Shown here: positions 31,452-38,840 of the stretch, one piece after another
How the letters are laid out: each line of letters begins with the position of its first letter
How positions within the stretch are numbered: the stretch's first letter is position 1
Source: a virus
Direction: 5' to 3' (one strand)
DNA: 38,861 bases
Virus record (IMG/VR): IMGVR_UViG_3300011126_000093
Notes under the pieces: generated by a model
Seen by the model: the letters and a program-made list of their open reading frames with translations, nothing else
The model's database searches: none
What the model was told of the DNA's origin: nothing
Translations under genes and position numbers: made by a program

Positions 31452-32459
31452 TTACTCGCTTAAATCATAATCCCGATAAACAACCTCATAATCAGGGCTA
31501 TAGTTATGGGGGATCAAAACACTAATCCCTGTTTCGTCTTTCATTTCCACCGCATCAAAACCTTGTCTTTTTGCGAGAATACCTCTAAGTCTCTGCGCCT
31601 CATACTCAGGCACCTCACCATATCGAGATAACACCTCACTTATTTCTGGGTTATTTAACACTATATTCCCATCGTCATTTGCAATAACCTCATATAAATC
31701 ATCAAATAAACCTTCATCAACATCATCAAAACTATCTTTTATAAACTCCATTGACTTATCAAAATCAAAATCAACATCACCCTCCCTAGCTATCCTACCT
31801 TGATCTATGGAAAAGGTTGTCTGCTTAGAGTCAGAACCTAAACCACTACTAGATCTATCGCCATATTTGCCAAACAAACCACCAAAATTAGGATCGTCAA
31901 GAATGCCTTTAATTTCACCCCCTTCATGAGTAACAATCTTCCGCCCGCTATCTTCCAGCTTTTTCCACAAATCAGGATCTATAGCACTCTGCTTGGCCGA
32001 TACTTTAGTAGGTGCCTTTCCGGTTGGCAAAATCTCAAAAGCTGCCGTAGGAAGTGTGGCGGCGGCCGCGGCTAGCTCTGGACTATCTGTTGCATCTAAA
32101 ACCTTATCGCCAAGATAACCAGAAAAATTATCTACAGCCTCTCCTATTTTTCCAATAGTAGAACCTAAATAACCTATTCCTTTTTTTCCTGCTTCAGTCC
32201 TTGGTTCGTATGTCATTCTGTTTTGTATACTTTCAATATCACCAGTTGCGCTGTCTAAATCCTGAAATACCAGAGAACCCAACCCATAAAGACCACTAGC
32301 AGGCTCAGCCACTGCTCCGCTAATCATAGACAAGCCAACCTCACCAACGCCTATAGCAACATCAACAACGGTATTAAAACCACGGTCAATCAACTCCTCA
32401 GCTGCTGCTATCTGATCTTCATTCAATCTACGGCTATTTATAAGGCTTGATAGTTTCAC
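31452..32459 (-). CDS. unknown 335-aa protein inserted between portal and scaffold (candidate virion cargo protein)
   Basis: Absent from the P22 gene order. AT-rich (about 33% GC in a hand count). G/A-rich hydrophobic N-terminus and a C-terminal ...AKRQGFDAVEMKDETGISVLIPHN. Confidence 0.55.
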   Translation of the reverse strand: MKLSSLINSRRLNEDQIAAAEELIDRGFNTVVDVAIGVGEVGLSMISGAVAEPASGLYGLGSLVFQDLDSATGDIESIQNRMTYEPRTEAGKKGIGYLGSTIGKIGEAVDNFSGYLGDKVLDATDSPELAAAAATLPTAAFEILPTGKAPTKVSAKQSAIDPDLWKKLEDSGRKIVTHEGGEIKGILDDPNFGGLFGKYGDRSSSGLGSDSKQTTFSIDQGRIAREGDVDFDFDKSMEFIKDSFDDVDEGLFDDLYEVIANDDGNIVLNNPEISEVLSRYGEVPEYEAQRLRGILAKRQGFDAVEMKDETGISVLIPHNYSPDYEVVYRDYDLSE

Positions 32460-34633
32460 GATGCAATAACCCTCAGTAGGTCCTCGTTGCTCATTCCTCT
32501 AGCGGCACTCCTCAAGGTTGCCTTTCGCATCTCTTGAACTTTAGCCATATTATCAAGTTGCTGGCCTTCGATCTCGGTCATGGTCTTATTGACGTCCATT
32601 CCTGACTTCTGCGCTTTCTGTATTGCTTCAAAGCGCTTAGTTTCAGCATTGAACATATCGACCTGCTTATCGACCATAGCCGCTTGACCTTCCATCATGC
32701 GAGCCTGTCCTTCCATTGCCATGGCTTGCGCTTGTGGGTTCTGCTGCTGCTGAGCCTGCATGACCTGCTGGATAGTGATTTGCATAATGGCTAGCTCTTC
32801 TTCAGAGCGGATGCCTAGCTTTTCAGGTGGGTAGCCGTTCATCAGCAACGGTAGCGACTGCTGCACCAGTGACTGAATCTGCTGAATGCGTGCCAGTGTC
32901 CGCATATCTTGCATACCTTCGCCAGTGGTGTTCGTGATTGCGCTCAGTAGTGCCATCTGCCCCAGCGGCGTACCAGAGTCGGCGTATTGAAGAATCTCAA
33001 TAGCCGCGTTTCTCTCGGCATCCTTCTTTGTTCTGTAGCTCTCGCCTTGCTTAATAGATACATCATAACGCCCGCGTGCTGTGTTCTTTGTTGCGCCGTA
33101 TACATCGCGCTGTTGATCGTATGACGGAACCATGGTTTCAATCTGGACGTAGTTACCATCCTCCTCCATACCTCGACGCTTGCGGGGATTAGTGAAGTAC
33201 AGCTTCTGCGCTGCTGGTATCCACGTTCGACATGCAACACGGATAGAACTTGAGGCAGAAGTCATTAATGGAAGGAACGCATCGTCAGTACGCTCGTTTA
33301 CTTGCTGAATTGCAGAGGCACTTGAATTGCTTGGTAGTGTCGCCTGCCCATTGGCTGACTGCTCTTGAATGTTCTGCGATAAGAACTGCAAGCTCGTAAC
33401 AAGCCCGGAACGTGCCTCTGGTGGATCATACCGACCAATTGGGCCAACGTGTCTAATAGAGCCGTCAGCTTCTCGTACTGGGTCACTTAGCAGGAATGGG
33501 CGGTTTATTACTGACTGCTCCGCTCTTGCTTGACCGTGTCGCTCCATTTGCTCTGGTAGGTATTCAGGCTTAGATACTTGCGGCTCTGACAGAATTTCCA
33601 TTAACGCACCAAAGCCCATGTTTAGAAATCGCTGCGAGTCACGCTGACGGCATACTTCACCGCAATAGAACTCAATACCGTTGATTTCGTGGTGATAGCC
33701 GTACATCGGAATCAATGGAATATTCTTAAACGGCAGTTTGGCTGGCTTAGTCAGATACTTATCACCTGACATAATCGCGTACTCAACGAACTTAACCTTA
33801 CGGCGCTTTTCGTCGTATTCGTTTATTTCAAGTATTAAATCAACGTCGTCCTTGTCGATTCGCTCACCATCCGGGCCAATGTATTTGCGGCCATCTTTAG
33901 TGATTAAGAAAGTACCGCCATCGGCATCGTAAACCGAATACTCGACAATAGTCTTAGTGACTAACTCATAGTAGTGAGCAATATAAACATCGCGGCCACC
34001 ATCGCCACACGTCCAAGAGAAGTCACCGTTAGACATTGTGCCGGCAGGAAACGAGCTGAAATCAACGCCGTATTCTTCTTCTGTCTTCTCACGATTAACG
34101 CGCTGCAAGTGCCAACCTTGAACGGCGTCCGTCTTATCACGACGCAAGGCACCAGCATTGAAGAACACACTAGACGCAGCGGAGCCGATCATTTCAAAGG
34201 ATAGGTATTGCTGGTCATCTTGCGGGTCTTCTTCATCTTCGTACTTGGCCACCTCTTTGTACGCACCGAATCCACCGAAGGCGGCTTCCTCAAACGCTTT
34301 ATTGATAGCATCTGCGCCATCAGAGCCATTAAAGTCGTTGCGCCATAGCTTCTGCAATGTCTCAGCATCGTCATCAGTGGCTTCATCGCTTGCGCTTGAA
34401 ATCTTTGCGCCAAATTCAGCTTCTTGGAATCGTCCGATGATGGCCATGATATTTTTAAAGAGTTTGTTGTTTTCTGGCTTCGGTTTATTCGCCCACTGCT
34501 TACCATCCGAGCCTACCCACTGCTTGCCGGGAATGAGCGCGAACTCTAAATCAGCTATGACTTGTTGACGCAGGTCATACTCGCTTGAGTAAGCCTTTCG
34601 GAAATCTGTTAGCGTTTCTGTAGCTGCTCTCAT
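32456..34633 (-). CDS. portal protein (P22-type, with a C-terminal helical barrel)
   Basis: 725 aa, directly downstream of TerL. Long Q/M/A-rich helical C-terminus (QQVMQAQQQQNPQAQAMAMEGQARMMEGQ...). Confidence 0.8.
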   Translation of the reverse strand: MRAATETLTDFRKAYSSEYDLRQQVIADLEFALIPGKQWVGSDGKQWANKPKPENNKLFKNIMAIIGRFQEAEFGAKISSASDEATDDDAETLQKLWRNDFNGSDGADAINKAFEEAAFGGFGAYKEVAKYEDEEDPQDDQQYLSFEMIGSAASSVFFNAGALRRDKTDAVQGWHLQRVNREKTEEEYGVDFSSFPAGTMSNGDFSWTCGDGGRDVYIAHYYELVTKTIVEYSVYDADGGTFLITKDGRKYIGPDGERIDKDDVDLILEINEYDEKRRKVKFVEYAIMSGDKYLTKPAKLPFKNIPLIPMYGYHHEINGIEFYCGEVCRQRDSQRFLNMGFGALMEILSEPQVSKPEYLPEQMERHGQARAEQSVINRPFLLSDPVREADGSIRHVGPIGRYDPPEARSGLVTSLQFLSQNIQEQSANGQATLPSNSSASAIQQVNERTDDAFLPLMTSASSSIRVACRTWIPAAQKLYFTNPRKRRGMEEDGNYVQIETMVPSYDQQRDVYGATKNTARGRYDVSIKQGESYRTKKDAERNAAIEILQYADSGTPLGQMALLSAITNTTGEGMQDMRTLARIQQIQSLVQQSLPLLMNGYPPEKLGIRSEEELAIMQITIQQVMQAQQQQNPQAQAMAMEGQARMMEGQAAMVDKQVDMFNAETKRFEAIQKAQKSGMDVNKTMTEIEGQQLDNMAKVQEMRKATLRSAARGMSNEDLLRVIAS

Positions 34634-34637
34634 TATC

Positions 34638-36323
34638 TCACCAATAGTTCACGGGATTGACATAGACCGAATCTAACGGCTTTTCTTCCCTATGAATGAT
34701 ATTACAATCATTGTCAAATGAAATTATAACTGAATCAAAAAGGTTTGGCGACGGTATTACCATTCGCTTTCCGTCAGGCATTATGACGCCCTTCCTCATT
34801 TCCGGCTTGGTGTAAAATTGAACCGTAGGGCCAGACTTGACAGGAACCTTGCACGCTTCAGCCTTAAGCTTTTGCATCATGCGCGGCTCTATCGTTTCAG
34901 AATCGAAGCTAACTAATGTTTCAGGGTCGTAATACTTACCCTCTACCACGGCCTCATATGTTCTATAAACACGGTCGGCAAACTCGGTGATGTTCTGAGC
35001 TTTCTTGTTCTTTAGTACGTCTTTAATCAATAAACGCTTAGCATTGTTATTCAGATTAGACACCTGAGACTTAAACTCGCCATCTGGATTGTGAGGCGTC
35101 TCAGAACCTTTGTATGCGTTTATCTTTACGCTCTTGCCATTGAATGCCGCTGATACATTATCCCGAAGCGTTGCACCTAGTCCGTCTGCATCATATCCGA
35201 ATGAATCAACCTGATTTAACACTGCCAGCTTGCAGGCTTCGTCCATCTTGCGATTGCCGTTCTCGCCATCAATCTCTTGAATGTGACTAAATACAACACC
35301 AGTCCGTATACTGAATCCGAATGGGTCGGTACCAACATCAGAAGGGTCGGCAGTGGCAACACTCAAGCCGCGACCCTCAAAGCCTAATTTCTTATGAGCA
35401 TCAATACACGCTTCAAACCAGTCTTCCTGAATAATTGAAGTCGCGCAATTATCGTTAAAGTCACCATTCCAGATACCGTTAAACCTTGCTTTGCTCATAA
35501 TGCGCTTTTTAACCTTTTCGCGGTCTTTGCTTATTTCAGCTTGAAGGGATTCGTCATGCTCAAACCACGGATTATCCTTGTACGTTAGTTTAACAATATA
35601 GTGGTATTCGTCCTCGTAGAATCCATCGCGGTCTAAAGCGGCTTGATAAGGCGTAATGAATTCTTTTGACATCGGGTCTTCAGAGCTTGCGGTATTCCAC
35701 AAATACCAGAGTTCAGCGCCTTGCACATCCCTAAGCGTTGGACCTAATGTGTCGATAGTGTTCTGGCTTGTTTTCTCTGACTCTTCCATCAAAAAGTATT
35801 TAAAGTCTGACGTTCCTTTCATGTCGATGATATTTTGCATACCACCAAACACGAACTTCCCTTTTGACGAATGGCGTATCTCCCAACGAGAAGGAACGGG
35901 AAGGAAGCCGCCAACGTTCATTTTTTTGATAGTTGTTTCAATACCAGAGTAGATAGATTCTTTGAGCGCTGTCATTCGCTCCCTAAGTGCGTATGCCTTG
36001 CATCCAGTGGATGATACCTGACTAACCATTACATTTTGTGCGAAGCGCGTCTTCATGCCGCCACGACCGCCAAACAGGCACTTATACTTTTTGTGCTTCA
36101 GTATCAGGGGTTCCAATTTCTCAACCAGAAGAACGTCAGGCTCTTCATCGGTTGGAACCATTTCACCTATCTTTCCCTTCCAGCATCTAATGACATTTGG
36201 CACTAGCTCGCCGTCTATTTTATCAACACGGTCAATAACACCATAAACGGCAGGCTTTAGGTTTCCTGACATCGCATTGGCCAGAACTTCAATATTGTCT
36301 AAGCGCTTGCTAAGACTGAGCAT
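34638..36323 (-). CDS. terminase large subunit
   Basis: Walker A FGGRGGMKT, Walker B-like YFLMEE and 561 aa, following the small subunit. Confidence 0.85.
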   Translation of the reverse strand: MLSLSKRLDNIEVLANAMSGNLKPAVYGVIDRVDKIDGELVPNVIRCWKGKIGEMVPTDEEPDVLLVEKLEPLILKHKKYKCLFGGRGGMKTRFAQNVMVSQVSSTGCKAYALRERMTALKESIYSGIETTIKKMNVGGFLPVPSRWEIRHSSKGKFVFGGMQNIIDMKGTSDFKYFLMEESEKTSQNTIDTLGPTLRDVQGAELWYLWNTASSEDPMSKEFITPYQAALDRDGFYEDEYHYIVKLTYKDNPWFEHDESLQAEISKDREKVKKRIMSKARFNGIWNGDFNDNCATSIIQEDWFEACIDAHKKLGFEGRGLSVATADPSDVGTDPFGFSIRTGVVFSHIQEIDGENGNRKMDEACKLAVLNQVDSFGYDADGLGATLRDNVSAAFNGKSVKINAYKGSETPHNPDGEFKSQVSNLNNNAKRLLIKDVLKNKKAQNITEFADRVYRTYEAVVEGKYYDPETLVSFDSETIEPRMMQKLKAEACKVPVKSGPTVQFYTKPEMRKGVIMPDGKRMVIPSPNLFDSVIISFDNDCNIIHREEKPLDSVYVNPVNYW

Positions 36324-36792
36324 TCAACGACTCTTCAATCTTAGCAATGCGTCCTTGCAGATCTGTCACCTCTTCAATCTTAGCAACGTGCGCCAATGCC
36401 GAAAGCAAGTTAACGCCTGTATCAGGGGATATTTCACCGCTTGCGATGGCTTTCTCAATAGCTGCTGATTTTTCTGTCAATGTTCCACTCTCTGGATAAT
36501 CAAACTCAACAGGCGGGGATAAGGCTTTCATGCTAGACCAGCCTTTATCCATCATAGCCTTAAGCAGCATAGCTCCGTTCTTCTCATCGACTACAGATTG
36601 ACGTGCGACGTGCTCCCAGTACTTTAGCTCTACTAGCTCGCGCACCTCACTGTCTCGCTTGCCCTCTGTATCTATGTCTTCAACACCCATGACAGCAGCA
36701 GCACGAATACCTTCTAAGATTCGCGTCTTATTGCTTTTGCCTCGGCCAGGAAGGTTGTCACCCGGCTTTAGAGTTGTGCTATTAGTAGTCAT
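36310..36792 (-). CDS. terminase small subunit
   Basis: LKPGDNLPGRGKSNKTR resembles the GQSGNPxGRPKG TerS N-terminal motif. Overlaps TerL by 14 nt. Confidence 0.6.
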   Translation of the reverse strand: MTTNSTTLKPGDNLPGRGKSNKTRILEGIRAAAVMGVEDIDTEGKRDSEVRELVELKYWEHVARQSVVDEKNGAMLLKAMMDKGWSSMKALSPPVEFDYPESGTLTEKSAAIEKAIASGEISPDTGVNLLSALAHVAKIEEVTDLQGRIAKIEESLNAQS

Positions 36793-36821
36793 AACGCCTT
36801 ATTCTTGCCTTATCTAATACA

Positions 36822-36850
36822 AATATACACCAATTCACGCCACGTTTGAA
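36822..36850 (-). promoter_or_regulatory. sigma70-like promoter upstream of terS (TTCAAA-17-TATATT)
   Basis: Minus strand reads TTCAAACGTGGCGTGAATTGGTGTATATT. Back-to-back with plus-strand box promoter 36862-36906. Confidence 0.45.
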
Positions 36851-36861
36851 TATATCTTGAT

Positions 36862-36906
36862 GTGGCCCATTGTGTCCTACCCTGCCTAGCAATGCGTTGC
36901 TATTAT
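36862..36906 (+). promoter_or_regulatory. Box-type promoter for the plus-strand two-gene cassette (GTGGCCC-N5-GTCCTAC, 20 bp, TATTAT)
   Basis: Plus strand reads GTGGCCCATTGTGTCCTAC-N20-TATTAT. Confidence 0.5.
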
Positions 36907-36940
36907 AGATACATAAGCTAAACAACAGAGAGAAAACAAC

Positions 36941-37093
36941 ATGAAAAATTTTAAAGTGACAATAAAAGGCCAATCTGGATCAATTAGCTACGAAGTTAGA
37001 AAAACCCATAAAGGCGCACTCGGGTTAGGCAAGCGAGTTGCCAACGAAGCGTTTTTTGGTGAAGAAGTAGAAATAACAATTGAGGAAATATAA
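36941..37093 (+). CDS. hypothetical protein (50 aa; below the ORF-track length cut-off)
   Basis: MKNFKVTIKGQSGSISYEVRKTHKGALGLGKRVANEAFFGEEVEITIEEI. TAATG overlap with gene 37093..37305. The SD is weak. Confidence 0.45.
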   Translation: MKNFKVTIKGQSGSISYEVRKTHKGALGLGKRVANEAFFGEEVEITIEEI

Positions 37094-37305
37094 TGGAAGC
37101 TGGCAATCAAATCAAAAAAACAGTCCCGGTTTCAACGCTAAAGGCCGGTGACACTGTTGAAGTAGATGGAAAGCTAGAAACGGTGTCCCGCCATCATCTA
37201 AAAAAAGGCTTTACAGGCAACACCTACAAGGGAAACCCCTATAGAAATGGGATAACTAAGATTGTCTTTAAGGTTCAGGTCGCGAACGGATACAGGTATC
37301 AATAA
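37093..37305 (+). CDS. hypothetical protein (70 aa)
   Basis: ORF track; followed immediately by a terminator. Confidence 0.55.
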   Translation: MEAGNQIKKTVPVSTLKAGDTVEVDGKLETVSRHHLKKGFTGNTYKGNPYRNGITKIVFKVQVANGYRYQ

Positions 37306-37328
37306 ACCCGGCTCAGTCCGGGTTTTCT
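37305..37328. terminator. Bidirectional rho-independent terminator between convergent genes
   Basis: AACCCGG-CTCAGT-CCGGGTT, followed by TTTTCT on the plus strand and TTTATT on the minus strand. Confidence 0.65.
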
Positions 37329-37537
37329 AGCTTCTCAATTTCTAACTTCTTCCGCCGTATGTCCAATCTGTGTTGCTCGTTTCTCTGAACTCTCTCTTCA
37401 AGATACTTCGCTAGCATAATAACAAAGCCACCTACCGCTACCGCCATCGTTACAAATTCAGTAGGGTTGTCAATTATCCATGTTCCGATCATTCCGAGTG
37501 CGGTTAGCGCGCCTCCTGTCTGATACCTTTCGTCCAT
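37313..37537 (-). CDS. holin-like protein (2 TMDs plus a highly charged C-terminus)
   Basis: GGALTALGMIGTWII and FVTMAVAVGGFVIMLA, followed by a K/R/E-rich tail. Located just before the packaging genes. Confidence 0.45.
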   Translation of the reverse strand: MDERYQTGGALTALGMIGTWIIDNPTEFVTMAVAVGGFVIMLAKYLEERVQRNEQHRLDIRRKKLEIEKLENPD

Positions 37538-37542
37538 TCCTT

Positions 37543-37992
37543 TCAGCCCTCGCGGTGTGAATGACGGCGCTGACGATAACTCCCGTTACGAATAGTATCA
37601 GCAGTGAGTCTAAAATCAGTCCATACACTTCGGCACCCGTCCATAGACATCAGGAGCATCAACTCTACTACAGACATGCCAGCTAGAATATAGCCTTGCG
37701 CGACAGTAGTGGAAAAGGCATAAGAGCCGGTAATAGCAAGGAATCCAAGATAAAGCCACATGAGGGAGCGTGAAAGGTCTGTGTGGTGCTTTCTATACTC
37801 GACTACAGCAATCGAAAATACAGAGAAATTAAGAATCATCATGCTAATTACAGCGGCTTCATAACTGAACGTCTCCACGCTGCGAGTCGATATGAACTGC
37901 GCAATAAAGAACGCTATCGAAGAGACTAGCGCTAAACGCTTAGCGGTGAATATGAATATCACCAAAGCAATAATTGCAAAGAATAAAATCAT
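37543..37992 (-). CDS. polytopic membrane protein (about 5 TMDs, 149 aa)
   Basis: Multiple hydrophobic segments and a basic C-terminus. Confidence 0.55.
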   Translation of the reverse strand: MILFFAIIALVIFIFTAKRLALVSSIAFFIAQFISTRSVETFSYEAAVISMMILNFSVFSIAVVEYRKHHTDLSRSLMWLYLGFLAITGSYAFSTTVAQGYILAGMSVVELMLLMSMDGCRSVWTDFRLTADTIRNGSYRQRRHSHREG

Positions 37993-38120
37993 GCTACTTT
38001 CCGGCGCTTAGTGATATTTGAATCAAAACCGCCTGCAACCTTTTTAGCTTTCTTCTTTGGCTTCTTTGGCTTCTTTGGCTTCTTCGGCTTGTAGTTGCTT
38101 GCCTTCGCTTTAGTCTTCAT
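37989..38120 (-). CDS. lysine-rich 43-aa protein with a (KPK)K repeat (below the ORF-track length cut-off)
   Basis: MKTKAKASNYKPKKPKKPKKPKKKAKKVAGGFDSNITKRRKVA. ATGA overlap with the downstream gene. Encoded by a 4 x 9-bp tandem repeat. Confidence 0.45.
   Translation of the reverse strand: MKTKAKASNYKPKKPKKPKKPKKKAKKVAGGFDSNITKRRKVA
38052..38087. repeat. 4 x 9-bp tandem repeat CTTCTTTGG (last copy CTTCTTCGG)
   Basis: Read directly; it is the coding sequence for the KPKK repeats on the minus strand. Confidence 0.85.
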
Positions 38121-38325
38121 TTTCAGCCCCGACAATATCAACTAACGCCTCGTATGACTCTTGATCTAAGAAAATACTAGCTGTTTCATCATCACCAATT
38201 CCAACTAGCGCTTCTCGCATCGTACCGCAGTAACGAATAGTCTCAGGAGCCTGCCCAAGACCTCCAGAGCGCTCAATCAATTCAGCCAGAAGTTCTTCTT
38301 GTGTTGCATCTTTAAGTAGTTTCAT
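38110..38325 (-). CDS. hypothetical acidic protein (71 aa)
   Basis: ORF track; ATGA overlap with the upstream gene. Confidence 0.55.
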   Translation of the reverse strand: MKLLKDATQEELLAELIERSGGLGQAPETIRYCGTMREALVGIGDDETASIFLDQESYEALVDIVGAENED

Positions 38326-38567
38326 AATTTTACGCTCTTCAGTTTAGTTTTAAGTTTAGTTACCGACTCTATGGCTTCTTTAGCCTTGCCGATCTCAGCT
38401 TTTGCGCTCTCATAGTCTTCAGACTCGAATAGAACCTTCTTACTCTTGAGCTTATCTAGCGCACGTTCCTCCATCATTTCTAGCCATTTTCGAGCAGCTT
38501 TCGCGATAACTGGAACCAGTATTTCAGCTAGTAACAATCTAATAAACGACTTTAAAAATGCTTTCAT
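38322..38567 (-). CDS. hypothetical protein with a hydrophobic N-terminal helix and a K/E-rich coiled coil (81 aa)
   Basis: ORF track; SD GAGGG; sigma70-like promoter about 25 nt upstream. Confidence 0.55.
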   Translation of the reverse strand: MKAFLKSFIRLLLAEILVPVIAKAARKWLEMMEERALDKLKSKKVLFESEDYESAKAEIGKAKEAIESVTKLKTKLKSVKL

Positions 38568-38588
38568 AAACTACCCTCGTTTTACTAG

Positions 38589-38616
38589 ATTGTACCATTG
38601 AGTGAAATTTAGGCAA
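38589..38616 (-). promoter_or_regulatory. sigma70-like promoter (TTGCCT-16-TACAAT)
   Basis: Minus strand reads TTGCCTAAATTTCACTCAATGGTACAAT, followed by CTAGTAAAACGAGGGTAGTTTATG. Confidence 0.55.
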
Positions 38617-38840
38617 TAGTGGTCATTAGATGGGGTTGGTGGCCTATACTTAGAACGCCGTCCCATTTATTAAATCTTCTTAACTAGCTGATTCCAATTG
38701 TTACACTTATCAGGATACAGTTTCTGTTCTTGCCGGAACCTATCTCAGCCCTAAAAATCAGGGAAAGCCACCTTACCACCTGTTTATGCCCAGACCACTA
38801 CTAGCTAAGGTCTGTCCACTCCCCATCTTGTACACAGTTC

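Noticed and set aside
36782-36973. 63-aa minus-strand ORF upstream of terS.
   Set aside because: It spans the back-to-back promoters and the start of the plus-strand 50-aa gene and has no SD. The region is better explained as regulatory DNA plus the plus-strand cassette.
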